DNA of 64,000 bases from Octopus sinensis. Taxonomy: Eukaryota. Of this stretch, positions 11,451 through 24,794 are shown piece by piece. The number at the start of each line of letters is the position of its first letter. Within the stretch, counting starts at the first letter, position 1. The translations under genes were made by a program, and so were the position numbers. The stretch spans positions 140,368,001-140,432,000 of the forward strand of contig NC_042999.1 of the NCBI RefSeq assembly GCF_006345805.1, written 5' to 3'. The notes below the pieces were generated by a model, which saw only the letters and a program-made list of their open reading frames with translations, ran no database searches and was not told where the DNA came from.

Positions 11451-13199
11451 GTCCTGGTCGAACGAGATAAAAGTCGGCGTCATCACCTTTACCTTGAAAC
11501 TATCTCTGTCTTGTCGCTTTTCTTTCCGGTTAATGGTGTCAAGCATGCATAACGGGCATTCAGTAATGTGGAAGCATGTCTCCTATCAAACTGATTGATC
11601 ATTGATCAGTACAGGAGTTAAGCTCTGTTACTTTTAGTAAAAATCTATTTGATCAGATCACCTGTTCCCCGTATTAATCGCAAAGAATGTTTGAAATTTC
11701 AGCGAAGCCTAACATCTTAACTTCTCAGACCTTCCGTTAGGTGTCTATTTAATTCTACAGTACTCTGTAAAATATGTGTAGGTTTCCGTAAATACCTTTG
11801 ACAGCTGCTACTTGATTGTTCTTCGATAGGATGCCCTGATCTCAGGTTGGGAAAGCGTACTGGGAGAAATGTGTTCATATTTTGTTTATAAAACCTGATA
11901 TGACAAAAATCATAATCATCACCGTTTAGAATTATAAACATATCTATATTGTATAAATTACTGGCTTTTATTTTAACCAGAAACTAATTTTACACGTATA
12001 CTGTTTGATTTCTCTCCCAGTGAACTTAACCTTAACTTTCAGTTGTTATTCTTATTTCGAATAAGATCGTTTCTTTTTCACTTCGAAATCTCCAAACTAC
12101 CATTTGTTAGATTTTTGATAAGTATTCTAATTAAACAGTGGTGATTTTTTTTTTAATTGCTCGATCTAAATTAGGTGAACGTACTCTCACACCCGCTACC
12201 CGACTTAATGGCTCTGGTGTACTCGTCAATGTGTCCACCTCGCTCACACAGGCTGCTTATGCCAATTCCTTCATTTTCAATAGCGCCTCGTCATTCCTTT
12301 GCCACTATATAAAAGGTTACATTCCTATTGGAAGCTCTGTTTCTTTCTAAACTCCTGCATCTATGCTCTCCAAAACTTATCAAAAGCATGGAAAGAAAGA
12401 ACAATAAAAACTTCGATTTGATATCACGTGCATTCTTGTACAATTGGATGTATATACAGGCTTGGTCCATCTCAATATCATCAATTTATATTCCTCTTCA
12501 TCTCGAAATCATTTCTATTTAGCTTTTCTATTGTTTTCCTTAAATCAAACTAAACCAGTAGGGAGTGGTTATGTTGTTTTTCTCTTACATTTTCTCTACC
12601 CTTCCAAAACTTCTGTTCGATTCTATCTCTCAGTTCTAATTTTTTATTCACGTTTGCTATTGTACTCGATTCCTTTTCATCAGTTTTAACCTGATCGACT
12701 TTTCTACCCCATCAATACGTCTCTCGTCCTGGACAACTGTGTGGGTAACCCATAGCCAACTTCCGTTAGGAATCTCTGCTCTGACAAGGTGTCATTACCT
12801 TTCATAAACCCTGCTTGAGTGCTAAAAGAATAAATCTGTTCTTCCTCTAATTTTTGTTTCATATTCTTCATTTTCAGATTCTTCTTACAGTTTTATTTTA
12901 CAATTCACTAACTTTTTAGTTTATGTATGTTGTCAACATTTACTTCTGACTCTCCCACACATACACACACAATATTCACGTCTCTTTCCTTGTTCTTACC
13001 GGCCCTTTTCTGTCATGTTACGTTTATTTAGACGACAGTTTTATTAATTCGCATATATAAACCGTAAGCGATGCGAATTTAATATTTTAAAACCAAAAAG
13101 CAACAATAGCAACTATATCAACATTAAAAAAATCAGACATCTCTTTCTATTAATCGTTTATGTCTGTCATAACATTGATGTTCAATAGAAGAAACTAGT

Positions 13200-13620
13200 G
13201 GAAGATAATGGTGTTGCGCGAGGAAAGAAGGAACAGCCCTGAATGAGGCGCGCCCACATACAATTTCATCCGACGTGAGGGAACGAGCGACAACCACTGT
13301 CGCTTGATGCTAACGAAAACTGATACAGCCTCTTCTTGGTTGGAGCAAAACCAGAACAATTGTTGGTTTTCTTATTTCTATCGCTCTGCATAGTTTTGCT
13401 CGACTGGATAGATGCGAAGTCGCCATGAGTGACAATGCTGGCTCCACAACCATTTAAATGGTCAATGTCAGTCATATCACCGGCTCATTTCCCCCATCAG
13501 CTTTCGCCTCTTGTCTCATTTCAAGTTACTGACCCCGGTTCCACTTCATCGTTTCATCTTGGATAGAAGCTGTGTGATAATGATGATTACGGAAATTGTT
13601 TCTTAAATTTGTAGAAGCTG
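13200..13620. promoter_or_regulatory. second CpG-retaining region, candidate promoter/5' UTR exon upstream of the ZNF800-like gene
   Basis: gcgcg and CpG clusters; downstream donor cc|gtaagt at 14112. Inference only. Confidence 0.3.
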
Positions 13621-15997
13621 CGATTAAGGGGAATGTAGTTAATACATAAATCCCTTTTACAAGTGATGTGATTTTCTAATGAGGAAGAAAGTGAATCTAA
13701 ACAGAACTGTGACCAAGTTATATTCATATCCTCTTTATTAAACTCTGCTGCTCTCTTCGCCGTATAATTTCACTTTTATAGCAAACTGTGTATAGATATA
13801 GGTTAACTTTACTGGACCTGCGTAATCCTGATATTTTCCCCCTTTAAAGTTTAAATACCGATAGCCTTAACTTAGTTTCAGGGTTCTCCATTGCTATGAC
13901 TGGTTGCCGTACCTTCGACTTCCTACGCAAAGTTGATATTTTAACTCTCCTAGTGGATCCGTTGCGACATTTTACTCCAAACGTTTATCACTCTTCCCCG
14001 TCATCATTTTCCATTCACTCTTCTAGAAACCTTTATGATTTTTACTCTACGAATTAGTACCTCACTCTACCACACTGACCGCACACTTTATTCGACTTTT
14101 TCTTTTAAACCGTAAGTCTCATATTTATTTATTTATTTATTTTTTTATTCATCAGAAACTAATGCCACGCTTGTTTTTTTTCTCGTTTTCTGATCTTCGA
14201 TTTCATTTCCTTTTGCTTTTTTCCCAGTATTATTAAACAATGACATACTCGTTCAATTTTATTTTCAACTACAAGAAAAAAGAGAAATGAAGTAAAATAG
14301 AAAGGATGGGAAGTTTTAATGTACACTATCCATTTGTTGCACTGATTTTAAGAGTTGTGTGTTTACCTACTCCACCTTTCACTTTAAAAGGTCGTATTTT
14401 TTGTGACTAATAATTATATACTTGAGGTATACCAAACTTAACAATAAGAATCTAAATTCTTTTAGAAAACCTTACATTGTTATTAGTATCCCATATTTGT
14501 TGATATTCTGTTGTGAACGGAAAACAGTTTCAGTAAACCTCCAGATTGTAAATTCTTGACAGGGTACTAAGTAATTTGCGATTTTATTTCCAGTAATCTC
14601 CTAAATATTACTCCTCTCCGCTCACCTAACATGGGACTCTTCTAGTTACATATTTCAAGGCCAGTAATTTAGATTCTATTTTAATGTGTTTCGTCCAGGA
14701 ACAAGCACTCTGTTTTGGGACAAGTGTAGAAAATATACATCCTATCACCAAATGTTTGATGTCTAATAAGACTGTGATAAATCTGAGAATTATATTTATA
14801 TCGTTTTGAGACCGCGACCTGTTCACTGACAAAACTGATGCAGCACGAAGTTTTATATTTATATCGAAATCTAAATAACTTATCAAAATACCATACTTTA
14901 CCATATATTTGTATATACTTTGGAAAACGTCTAGCAGAAGGAGAAGACGATACTTATGACTTTTGCAGCTCACTGAAACTAGTGATGTATATTCGGAAAA
15001 CGTAGGAGAAGCATGACCACAGAAGCAATTTCAGGTGGCCAGGTGCCGCAGTATTTCTCTTTATAGAAATATGGTCCTTGCTGCTACACGGTTTCGCTGT
15101 AGAGTTTTCATTGATTTGTCAGTTCAAATTTGACTGCTTTTTAAAAACCTTTAGAATTGCTCCTTTGGTACTATATGTTCTTTGTTATCTCAGAACACAT
15201 GCATACTAACGATATAAATATGGTCTTAACTTTATCCTTTATGAATCGCCTTCTTCAGAACATTTAATCGGCAAGAACCAGTTAGCTAAAATGTAGAGCT
15301 ACGGACTGAGATGAGTTACTATCTTCTCTGTTATATATTTTTAAACTCGTGTCAATAGGGTTCAAAGCTCTTTTTTGAGTAGGCTTTTTGGAATAAGGAG
15401 ACGAAAAGTCAACGATCCAGTGTTGCAAGCATTCATATATAAATTATCTGTTATTTTGTTTAGAGTTTAACTTCTGCTATCTGATCGGCATTCTAGGTAA
15501 AACAATCCCATCTTTATTGTAGAAAATGATATCCTGAACGTCAGGACCTAGGCATGGTTTAGTGGTATGGAATTTGTTGAGGAGATTTAGGTTTTTTTTT
15601 TTTGGAAGGATGTGTGTTTTGTAGTGCAGTTATACAGTGCTTGCACTAATGATGTTTATGTATAGGTGGTGGTGTTGGATGGTAGTGTTTTGGATTTTGA
15701 ATGGAATGGTAGAGGGATATCTTGATAACTGGCTTAGAAATACTGATCCTTTCTCTGGAATTAGGCCAATTTCCAACTTTCAACCATTTTCTATTTTTAG
15801 AGAAAGGAACATTATGAGTGATCCCACATGACTTTGTACTACATGGCCAGTCTTGAGAGAGAGAAAGAGAGAAATTGACTCTAGTATTTTATCAACTCTG
15901 TTAGGATGAAAGATAAAGTTGACTTAGGTGGGATTTGAACTCAGAGTGTAGAGAGCTAGAACAAAAACTGCAAAGCATTCTATCTGATGCTGTAGTA

Positions 15998-16370
15998 CAG
16001 TGTTTCTCAACCTTTTTTGGTGCCACACCTCACTTCAATATTTGCAAAAAAAAAAACTACATGTGCTCCCACATTATATATATGTAAGGTGGGTGGCATT
16101 AAAAAGGGTATCCAGCTGTAAAAGCATGACAAAACAGACAGTCCTCTGGCTTGCCAAGTCCTGTCAAACTGGCCAATTCTATGCCAGCATGGAAAACGGA
16201 TGTTAAATGATGATGATGATGTACACACATACATATTCCATAGCAGTTTTTATTAAAATTTTATTGCAAGTTTTATTCACTTGTAACTTATGCCGCTTAT
16301 GAAGTAACCAATGTCAAAATATTTCCACAACTTCACCTGCAAGGTATGTGCCTCATCATGAGAAACACTG
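15998..16370. mobile_element. hAT-type MITE with a nested RTE-tail insertion (about 16085-16221)
   Basis: Perfect 12-bp TIR cagtgtttctca / tgagaaacactg; flanks ctgtagta / ctctaatg match 5/8. Confidence 0.65.
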
Positions 16371-16529
16371 CTCTAATGACTCTGGCAATTCACCACTTTA
16401 GTAAAGTAAATGTAACCTAGTCTGATGGACATGATATTGTGTTTGAGTTCAAATCTTCTGTAACTATTTCAATGTATATTTGAATAACCCAATTCTGTTT
16501 CAGTATATCTAGATATCTAGATGAGCGAG

Positions 16530-16750
16530 GTTGTTGCCAGTACCGCCTGACTGGCCCCTGTGCCGGTGGCACGTAAAAAACACCCACTACACTCTCGGAG
16601 TGGTTAGCGTTAGGAAGGGCATCCAGCTGTAGAAACTCTGCCAAATCGAGATTGGAGCCTGGTGCAGCCATCTGGTTTGCCAGCCCTCAGTCAAAATTGT
16701 CCAACCCATGCTAGCGTGGAAAGCAGACGTTAAACGATGATGATGATGAT
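16530..16750 (+). mobile_element. RTE-family 3' tail
   Basis: One minisatellite unit + ttaggaagggcatccagctgtagaaa + (GAT)n. Confidence 0.85.
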
Positions 16751-17139
16751 AGACTAAGCATCCTGTCCAAGTAAGGATTTTGCTTTAGTTTAGTTAATAG
16801 CATAACATTAGAATTGAGCAACTGCTTTTAAAAGCCTCACTGAGGCCAAGAGAAGAAAATGGATAGTTTTGAAGTTAGTTGTGTATTAAAGTTCCTCCAA
16901 ACTACTCATTAACAATAAGTCCAGTCAACCATATAACATCTACATTCCTAATGATATCATTGACCATGACCTCCAATCTATAGGCTCAAATGTGCTTTAA
17001 AATGTGCTTCAATTGTTACCAAATATCATATAAAGTAATGATAATAGAATCGTATCTCAAGACTTTATTCATCACATGTTAATATAACTCAATATCCAGT
17101 TTAAGTAAGGGAGAACTTTAGCTTGCCCATCTTGTAATG

Positions 17140-17485
17140 CATTTCTCAGGCTGTGTGGTAAGAAGTTTGCTTTCCAACCACATTGTTTTGGGTTCAATCT
17201 CTCTATGTGGCACCTTGGGCAAGTGTCTTCTGCTATAACCCTGGGCCAGCCAAAGCTTAGTGAGTGGATTTGGTAGATGAAAACTGAAAGGAAGCCTGTC
17301 ATATATATTATTATTGTTTAACATCCATTTTTCATGCTGGCGTGGGTTGGACAGTTTGATAAAGATCCAGTGAGTCAAGGACATCATACTCCAGTGTTTG
17401 CTTTGGCATAGTTTCTATAGTTGGATGCCGTTCATAATGCCAACCACTTTACAGTGGGTACTGGTGCTTTTTCGTTCTACCAGCA
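17140..17485. mobile_element. SINE A 5' half (+, 17140-17305) followed by an RTE tail (-, 17310-17485)
   Basis: Homology to 5590-5760 and to the reverse complement of the RTE tail. Confidence 0.7.
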
Positions 17486-17929
17486 CTGTTGAGGTTATCA
17501 TGTAGTTTGCAAGTCAACAAACTCAGGGAGGGAGGATGTTGCCTCTGTGTGCAGAGTAGTTTGTGTTTTAGAGGTGCTACATGGCTACTCACATTTAGGA
17601 GACAAAATGAGAATGAATTAAAGGTATCTCCAAGGAGATAGATAGTGGTGATGAGGTGTTCAGGTAGCAGGAGCACAAATGGGTGGGGAGGTAGGCAACA
17701 TATGATAGGACTGAGGGGAGGGAGTGCATAAGTTGGGTGGGGTGCTACAGGCATACTAGCAATATGGTAGTAATGATACTGTTGACAGGGTAGGCAGCAG
17801 GAATGGAGTACAGAGATAAAACAAGCCTAATGCATAGAGATAATTTGGTAGTCTGGGCTGATGGATGGCCACTCTAACATGTGAATGTGGAGAACAATAT
17901 TAATGGATAAAGAATGGCTAACAGTGTGT

Positions 17930-18140
17930 GTCTTTGTTTGTCTGTCCACCACCACCACTTGACAACCAGTGCTGGTGTGTTTACATTCCTGTAATTTAGT
18001 GGTTTGACAAAAGAGTTTGCTAGAATAAGTACCAGGCTTAAAAAATAAGTGCTGGGGTCAATTTGTTCATCTAAGATTCTTCAAGGCGGTGTCCCAGCAT
18101 GGCCTTAGTCTAATGACTGAAAAAAGTAAAAGATAAAAGA
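17930..18140 (+). mobile_element. SINE A 3' half
   Basis: Homology to 5780-5974. Confidence 0.75.
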
Positions 18141-18329
18141 TCTTATTTAAAGAGTTATTCTGGCTTCATATGTTATATTACTATAGGAAAACAGAATCAC
18201 AACATTCACACTCCTTTATGAAAAGCAACAAACTAAGATTGTAAAATTAGCAATAGTAAACAATAATAATATAACACCACCCGACAAAAATTGTCAGTTC
18301 ATGGCTGTTTCCTGCACCAGTTTCGCATA

Positions 18330-18860
18330 GCCCCAGCCCATCCTAAGTACCTTGGATTGCAGAATGACCTGCAGTGCTTAAGGAGACCTATTGAGTTACG
18401 TACATCAACATCAAAATAAATATCAAATGGAAATTGTAGTTGTGATACCTGTGCCAGTGGAACGTAAAAAGCGCCATCCGAATGTGGCCGATGTCAGCGC
18501 CACCTTGACTGGCTTCTGTGCTGGTGGCACGTGACCTGCTGTGCTTGAGGAGACCTATTGAGTCAAGTACGTCAACATCAAAATAAATATCAAATGAAAA
18601 TGGTAGTTGTGATACCTGTGCCAGTTGTATGTAAAAAGCACCAACCGATCGTGGCCGCTGCCAGCCTACCCTGTGCCAGTGGCACGTAAAAAGCACCCAC
18701 TACACTCATGGAGTGGTTGGCGTTAGGAAGGGCATCCAGCTGTAGAAATACTGCCAGATCTGACTGGAGCCTGGTGTAGCCTCCTGGCTTCCCAGGCCCC
18801 AGTCGAACCGTCCAACCTGTGCTAGCATGGAAAACGGACGTTAAACGATGATGATGATGA
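18330..18860 (+). mobile_element. RTE-family 3' UTR with internal duplication, minisatellite and (GAT)n tail
   Basis: gaggagacctattgagt..acatcaaaataaatatcaaat occurs twice (about 18380 and 18550); standard tail. Confidence 0.85.
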
Positions 18861-18889
18861 CCAGTCTAAAATTAGATTTTATGTTTATA

Positions 18890-21085
18890 TATCAATCACA
18901 AATATATCAGACCCAACTGAGGGACCAGCCATCAGAATTGACAGTAGTATAATAGATAAGGCAATTAAGGATATGAAGACAGAGAAAACCCTTGGACCAT
19001 CAGGAGTCACCACTGAGATGCTTAAAATATCTTGTAGAGTTGGATATGGCCTTGTTACTCATGTAGTTAATCAGGTTATCCAGGAAGGTGTCATTGCCAA
19101 AGATTGATGTAGTAGTATAATAGTTAGCTGCTACAAGAGTAACGGTGATGCATCATCATCATCATCATCGTCCGTTTTCTGTGCTAGCACGGGTTGGACG
19201 GTTCGACCGGTGCCCGGGAAGCCAGGGGCTGCTCCAGGCTCCAGTCTGATCTGGCAGAGTTTCTACGACTGGATGCCCTTCCTAACGCCAACCACTCCAC
19301 GAGTGTAGTGGGTGCTTTTTACGTGCCACCGGCGCTGGCAACGGAAACGTTTGGATGGTGCTTTTTATGTGCCACCGGCACAGAAGCCAGTCGGGGCGGC
19401 GCTGGCATCGGCCACGTTCGGATGGTGCTTTTTATGTGCCACCGGCACAGGTATCACAACTACTTTTTCCATTGATATTTATTTCGATGTTCATGTACTT
19501 GACTCAACAGGTCTCCTCAAGCACAGCAGGACGTTCTGGGATCCAGGGTACTTTGAATGGGCAGGGGCTATGCGGTACTGGTGCAGGAAGCAGCCCAGGT
19601 CTTTGCAGTCACAGCATATCTCCAGAGATCTTGGTCCTTCGCCATTGCCTCAGTGAGGCCCAACGCTCTGAGGTCATGCTTGACTACCTCATCCCATATC
19701 TTCCTGGGTCTACCTCTCCCCCTGATACCTTCAACTGTTTGGGAGTGGCACTTCTTCACACATCTCTCCTCATCCATCCGCAGTACATGACCATACCATC
19801 GCAAGTGTCGCTCTTCCACAACACATCTGATGCTTCTTATATCCAGCATTTCTCTCAGGGTGCTTACACTCTGTTGTGCGTGCACACTAACATTACACAT
19901 CCAGCGGATCATGCTAGCTTCATTTCTTTCAAGTCTACGCATGTCCTCTGCAGTTACAGCCCATGTTTCACTACCGTGAAGCATGGCAGTTCGCACACAT
20001 GCATCATACAATCTACCTTTCACTCTCAGCGAGAGACCCTTTGTCGCCAGTAGGGGTAGGAGCTTTCTGAACTTTGCTCAGGCTATTCGTATTCTAAGAG
20101 ATATCAAACTGCTGGACCAAGTCATGAAAGTTACAGGGCAAATTATAGCCAATTGGTTTGGAATAGCTTTAAACTAGATGAGATGTAGTTTGGTTTTGTG
20201 CTTGAGATGAGCGCTACAGATGTCATCTTCCTAGTCAGACATCTGCAGAAGAAATATCTGACCCAAAGAAAACCATTGTACCTGGCTTTTGTCAACCTGG
20301 AGAAAGTTTTGACAGAGTCCCTTGCTCTGTTATCTGGTGCGCTCTAAGGATAGTAGATGACGAGTGGCTTGTTAGAGTTGTACAAGACAATTACAGCAGT
20401 GCTATCAGTAGGGTGAGTGTACAGTGACAAATTTTGCATCCAAGTAGGGGTTCACCAGGGCTCAGTTCTCAGCCCCATCTTACTCATCATAGTCCTCTTG
20501 GTCATAACAGAGGAATTTAAAACTGGCTGCTCATGGGAACTACTATATGCTTGTGATTGATGACCTCATTCTTTCAGTAGAATTGGAGTAGAAATTCCAG
20601 GTATGGAAGTAAAACCTGGAATCAAAGGGCTTTAAAATTAATCTAGCAAAGACCAAAGTCGTTAGTAAGAAAGTAGATGAGACTCTTTCCATCAGGTAAA
20701 TGGTCCAGCTCAATATGCAAACTATGGACACATAAGAGGTGTAGTCGAATCACATGTAGGTTAACAGGGAAAGTTGTTTTCGTGTGTGGCAGGTGTGCAG
20801 GAACAATAAGAACTAAGGACCTACAAGAATTAGACTCTCGAATGCCTAGGAGGCTTCCTTGAGGTTGTAGTCTAGGCTGACCAAGATACTCTCATGGAAT
20901 GTGACCAAATTAGCAGTGGTGGCGAATGTTCTAAAAGTATTGTTGCTGGAAGAAATTCAGACAGGTGTTACTTCTGTTGGCAACAAAAGGCTTCCCTCTC
21001 ACAGTGGAAGGCAGATTATATGATGTGTGTGTATAAACGGCTATAATCCATGGTAGTGAGACGAGTGCTATGAATGCAAATGACA
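18890..21085 (+). mobile_element. degraded RTE LINE RT region, split by an antisense RTE insertion
   Basis: GPSGVTTEMLKIS (near 18995), IKLLDQVMKV (20103), LAFVNLEK, GVHQGSVLSP, KLWTHKRC, GSETSAM. Confidence 0.75.
19151..20095 (-). mobile_element. 5'-truncated RTE LINE (ORF C-terminus + 3' UTR + (GAT)n tail)
   Basis: ORF 19568..20023 KGRLYDACVRTAMLHGSETW..LRWYGHVLRMDEERCVKK..GRGRPRKIW is typical of RTE C-termini. Confidence 0.9.
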
Positions 21086-21087
21086 TA

Positions 21088-22359
21088 CGAGGGGCGTTCA
21101 ATAAGTAATGCCCCTGACCCACTAACCAAAGCAGTAGAGCAACGAAACTTGGCACAGTTATTAGTCTTTTTCTACATAGGAACCACTCAGAGTTACACAT
21201 TTCTCCCATCGTTTGATGCAACTCTGGAGACCGTTTTTGTAGAAGACCCCACCTTGGTCCTCCAACCACGATGTGACTTCAGAAATCAAGGCTGCATCAT
21301 CTGGGAAATGCTTTCCTTTCAAAAACAACTTCATGGCAGGGAAGAGGTGAAAATCAGAGGGTGCAAGGTCAGGAGAGTAGGGGGATGGGGGAGGAGTTAA
21401 TAGCCGCACGCCTGTGCTTCTGATCTGGCGACACGCGAGTTGTAGACCGGAGCATTGTCCTGCAGAAGGAGGATGCCTTTGCTGATCTTGCCCCGCCTCT
21501 TGATTTTGATAGCTTCTCTTAATTTCCTCAAAAGTGAAGCATAATAGGCTCCTGTAATTGTGGTACCCTTTGCCAGGAAATCTGTCATCACTACTCCGTC
21601 CTGGTCCCAGAAGACTGTGAGCATGATCTTGCCAGCGGAGGGCTGCACCCAGCCTTCTTTGGAGGAGGTGAGTCACGGTGCTTCCACTGCATTGACTGGG
21701 CTTTGGTCTCTGGATCATAGTGATGGACCCAGGTTTCATCCTGTGTAATCAGTCTTTTGAAAAATTTTGACTCATCTTCTTGGCACATCTCCAAATTCAT
21801 CCTCGAGCACTCGACGCGTTCTTGCATCTGGGAATCCATCTGGCAGACACGTTTTGCATATGCAAATGGTCATGAATGATAGTTTCCACAGACCCGGTAC
21901 TAAACTTGACCTCATGGGCTATTTGGCGAATAGTTATGCGTCGATCTTCCAAAATGGCAGCCTCAACTTGACGGACAGATGCCTCATCAATGGCAGAAGG
22001 GAGGCGACCAGATCTGGGAGCTGTTTCCACAGAGTTCCAACCATGTTTGAATTCATGATGCCAGCGTTTTACAAGGTCATATGATGGGGCATCATCACCA
22101 TAAGTTACTTTCATTTCATCAAAAGTCTCCTGTGGTGTGCGTCCTTTCAAATACAAAAACCGGATCACTGCTCGACACTCAACAGGCTCCATTTCACACT
22201 TGACTCAGTTCAAACACCTGTATATCAGAAACCACAATTAGTTCAGAGCTGTAATTTGCCACTTAATCTATAGAGATATGAATAATTGCACATGTAAATT
22301 TTCAGCTAGATCAAACAACTGCAAGTGGGTCAGAGGCATTACTTATTGAACGCCCCTCG
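21088..22359 (-). mobile_element. full-length mariner transposon (1272 bp), TA-flanked
   Basis: About 36-bp TIRs cgaggggcgttcaataagtaatgcc(c/t)ctgacccact with 1 mismatch; TA at 21086-87 and 22360-61. Confidence 0.95.
21161..22192 (-). pseudogene. frameshifted mariner (DDD) transposase
   Basis: Four overlapping ORFs give an HTH N-terminus, WIPR, LITQDETW, LLQDNAP and PYSPDLAPSDFHLF. Confidence 0.92.
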
Positions 22360-22363
22360 TATA

Positions 22364-23040
22364 TGAGGGCTGGCTGAAAAGTTTATAGGCTGACCAAGAT
22401 ACCTTCATGCAGTCCACATACTTCAATCAGTCTTCCAGTTCTTGGATCCCATTAATGAAGAAGCTTTCATCCTGTTGGTCAGAAAAGTTATCAACTGCAG
22501 ATAACTATCATTACTGTGATACTAGTTCTCAGCCAATTTTTTTTCATGTCCAGGAACAGATGATACTGAGAGGGGACCAAATTTGATTTTGATAGCCTTT
22601 TGTAACTGCCTCAGCAAGTTGGTATACATTGATGATGTGGCCTTTTGAAGAGAGTCAACTAACAATGCCTTTTGCATCCCAAAAGACTGAAGAAATCACC
22701 TTTTCTGCATATGAAACAACTTCAGTCTTCTTTGAAGCAGGTGAGGAAGGGTGTTTCCACTGCATTGATTGTCTCTGGCTGAAAGTGTTGAAGCCAACAC
22801 TCATCATGGGTTAGGAAACATTCAAGGAAGCCAGCTGGATCTGCATCAAACAATGTCAAATTTTCCTGTGATGTGATCAGCTTGGTGCACTTCGATCAGT
22901 TTTCAGAAAATGTGGCATCCACCAAGAAGAAACCTTTGTTATGCGAAGCTTGTTATATAGAATATTCTCAACTCTCTCATGGGATATGCTAATAGCATTG
23001 TCTGGCAGTATGAGTTTCTTAAGAAGACCTGCCCACCTCA
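22364..23040 (-). mobile_element. older, truncated mariner of a different family
   Basis: Terminus tgagggctggctgaaaagtt; reverse strand reads QRQSMQWKHPSSPASKKTEVVSYAEKVISSVFWDAKGIV. Confidence 0.8.
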
Positions 23041-24295
23041 GTGAAAATGAGTTCTGGAAACACTATTCCACCCTCACCTACTCCAATGAATCAAACTACA
23101 TCTTTTCTTCATGTACTATGCTTATTTCTCCCTCCCCACTCCTGCAGCCCAATCCTGTCCTACCAACTGTATCATTGCTATCCTGTTGCCTCCGCTATCA
23201 CTATAAACCCAGGTTTCACCACTCACTTCATTCCCCTCTCTCTCCCCTTCTTTGCACTTTTGCAAACTCCCTACTCATGCACCCTGTGCAATCCTCTACC
23301 ATTCCACTTATATTCACCTTGAGGGTATGCCCTGGCACATTACCATCTCTCTTGCTCTCTCTCTCTCTCTCTCTCTCACTCCTTCCCTCTGACTGGGGTA
23401 ACCACGTATCTCTTCTCCAGCAAGACACCTGTTTCTGTTCCTATGTCATACTGTAACCTCTCATCACCTGGCATAAAGCCACCTGTTTTAATACCTCGCT
23501 CCCTCTTGAGGGCTCTTTGTCTTACAAGTTATTTTGTGAGTTTGAATGTAATAAACAGGGAAATTGCTGTTTTACTTGCATTTTGTTCAGGGAAAAAGTT
23601 ATATTGAAATTAGTTTCTTATGTTAGAAATGTCTCTATTTTAGTCATGAACTTGAATAGAGTTATTGCATAAAATATTGTCATCTAAACATGAGTAAGAG
23701 GATTTAAGATAATTCTGAGATAATTTGGTTTCTGTTGATAATTTGTTACTGCATTTATAAGACCAAATGAAAGTATTGTATATTGATAGAAATATTCTAA
23801 GGATTAAAAAGCAGTGTAAGGACGTTTTTTAATTACAATGGTAGATGTTAAGAATTATGTTTCACATTGACCTTAATAAAATAAAATGTTTGAGATAAAG
23901 TATGGATTAACTTGTGAATGATAGGCATCTAGAAGAGTATGCATTAACTAGGTATCAAGATGTCCTTTGTGATTTTTGTTTTTTACTATTACATCCTAAG
24001 CTTTCCATGGTTACTCAGTTCTGTGATATTTTCTTTGATCAGGTAGTTTACCTCTTGTCTGATGAATTTCCTTTCACTCACACAATACTTTTGAGTAGAG
24101 GGTTTTAGCATTTGGAATCAAATTAGTGACGGAGTTAACAGTTGGAATCTTCAGTCACACAAAATTTGGTGAAACTAGTGGGGCTTCTAAGTCCTCAAAC
24201 TTAAATTCCACAGGAGAATGCTGGGACATGAAACTTTGACAGAGTATAATATCCATCCAGGACTGAGTGTAAATAATAGTGACTACTGTTTATTA

Positions 24296-24695
24296 TTTTA
24301 CTCTTTTTACTCTTTTACTTGTTTCAGTCATTTGACTGCGGCTATGCTGGAGCACCGCCTTTAGTCGAGCAAATCGACCCTGGGACTTATTCTTTGTAAG
24401 CCCAGTACTTATTCTATCGGTCTCTTTTGCCGAACCGCTAAGTGACGGGGACGTAAACACACCAGCATCGGTTGTCAAGCAATGCTAGGGGGACAAACAC
24501 AGACACACACACACATATATATACATATACACGACAGGCTTCTTTCAGTTTCCATCTACCAAATCCACTCACAAGGCATTGGTCGGCCCGAGGCTATAGC
24601 AGAAGGCACTTACCCAAGATGCTACGCAGTGGGACTGAACCCAGAACCATGTGGTTGGTAAGCAAGCTACTTACCACACAGCCACTCCTGTGCCT
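24296..24695 (-). mobile_element. full-length SINE A
   Basis: Reverse-complement homolog of 5590-5974. Confidence 0.9.
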
Positions 24696-24794
24696 ACTGT
24701 TTGTATAACATTTCATCATATTCAATCTCAATATTGCATATTCTCATAATTTGGTAACTAGATTGTGGTGATGCCATCACAACATTACCTCTGA

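Noticed and set aside
13425-13457. gccATG with good Kozak context as the ZNF800 start
   Set aside because: Closes after 10 codons (MSDNAGSTTI*); at most a uORF.
14626-14973. 115-aa minus-strand ORF
   Set aside because: No recognisable motif or splice context.
19355-20053. 232-aa plus-strand ORF (and 42615..42944, 43135..43386, 22941..23456)
   Set aside because: Antisense shadows of RTE or other repeat sequence; no independent motifs.
23050-23520. C/T-rich segment as a Penelope 3' end with a ribozyme
   Set aside because: Composition is suggestive, but no CUGANGA..GAAA layout or GIY-YIG motif could be read.
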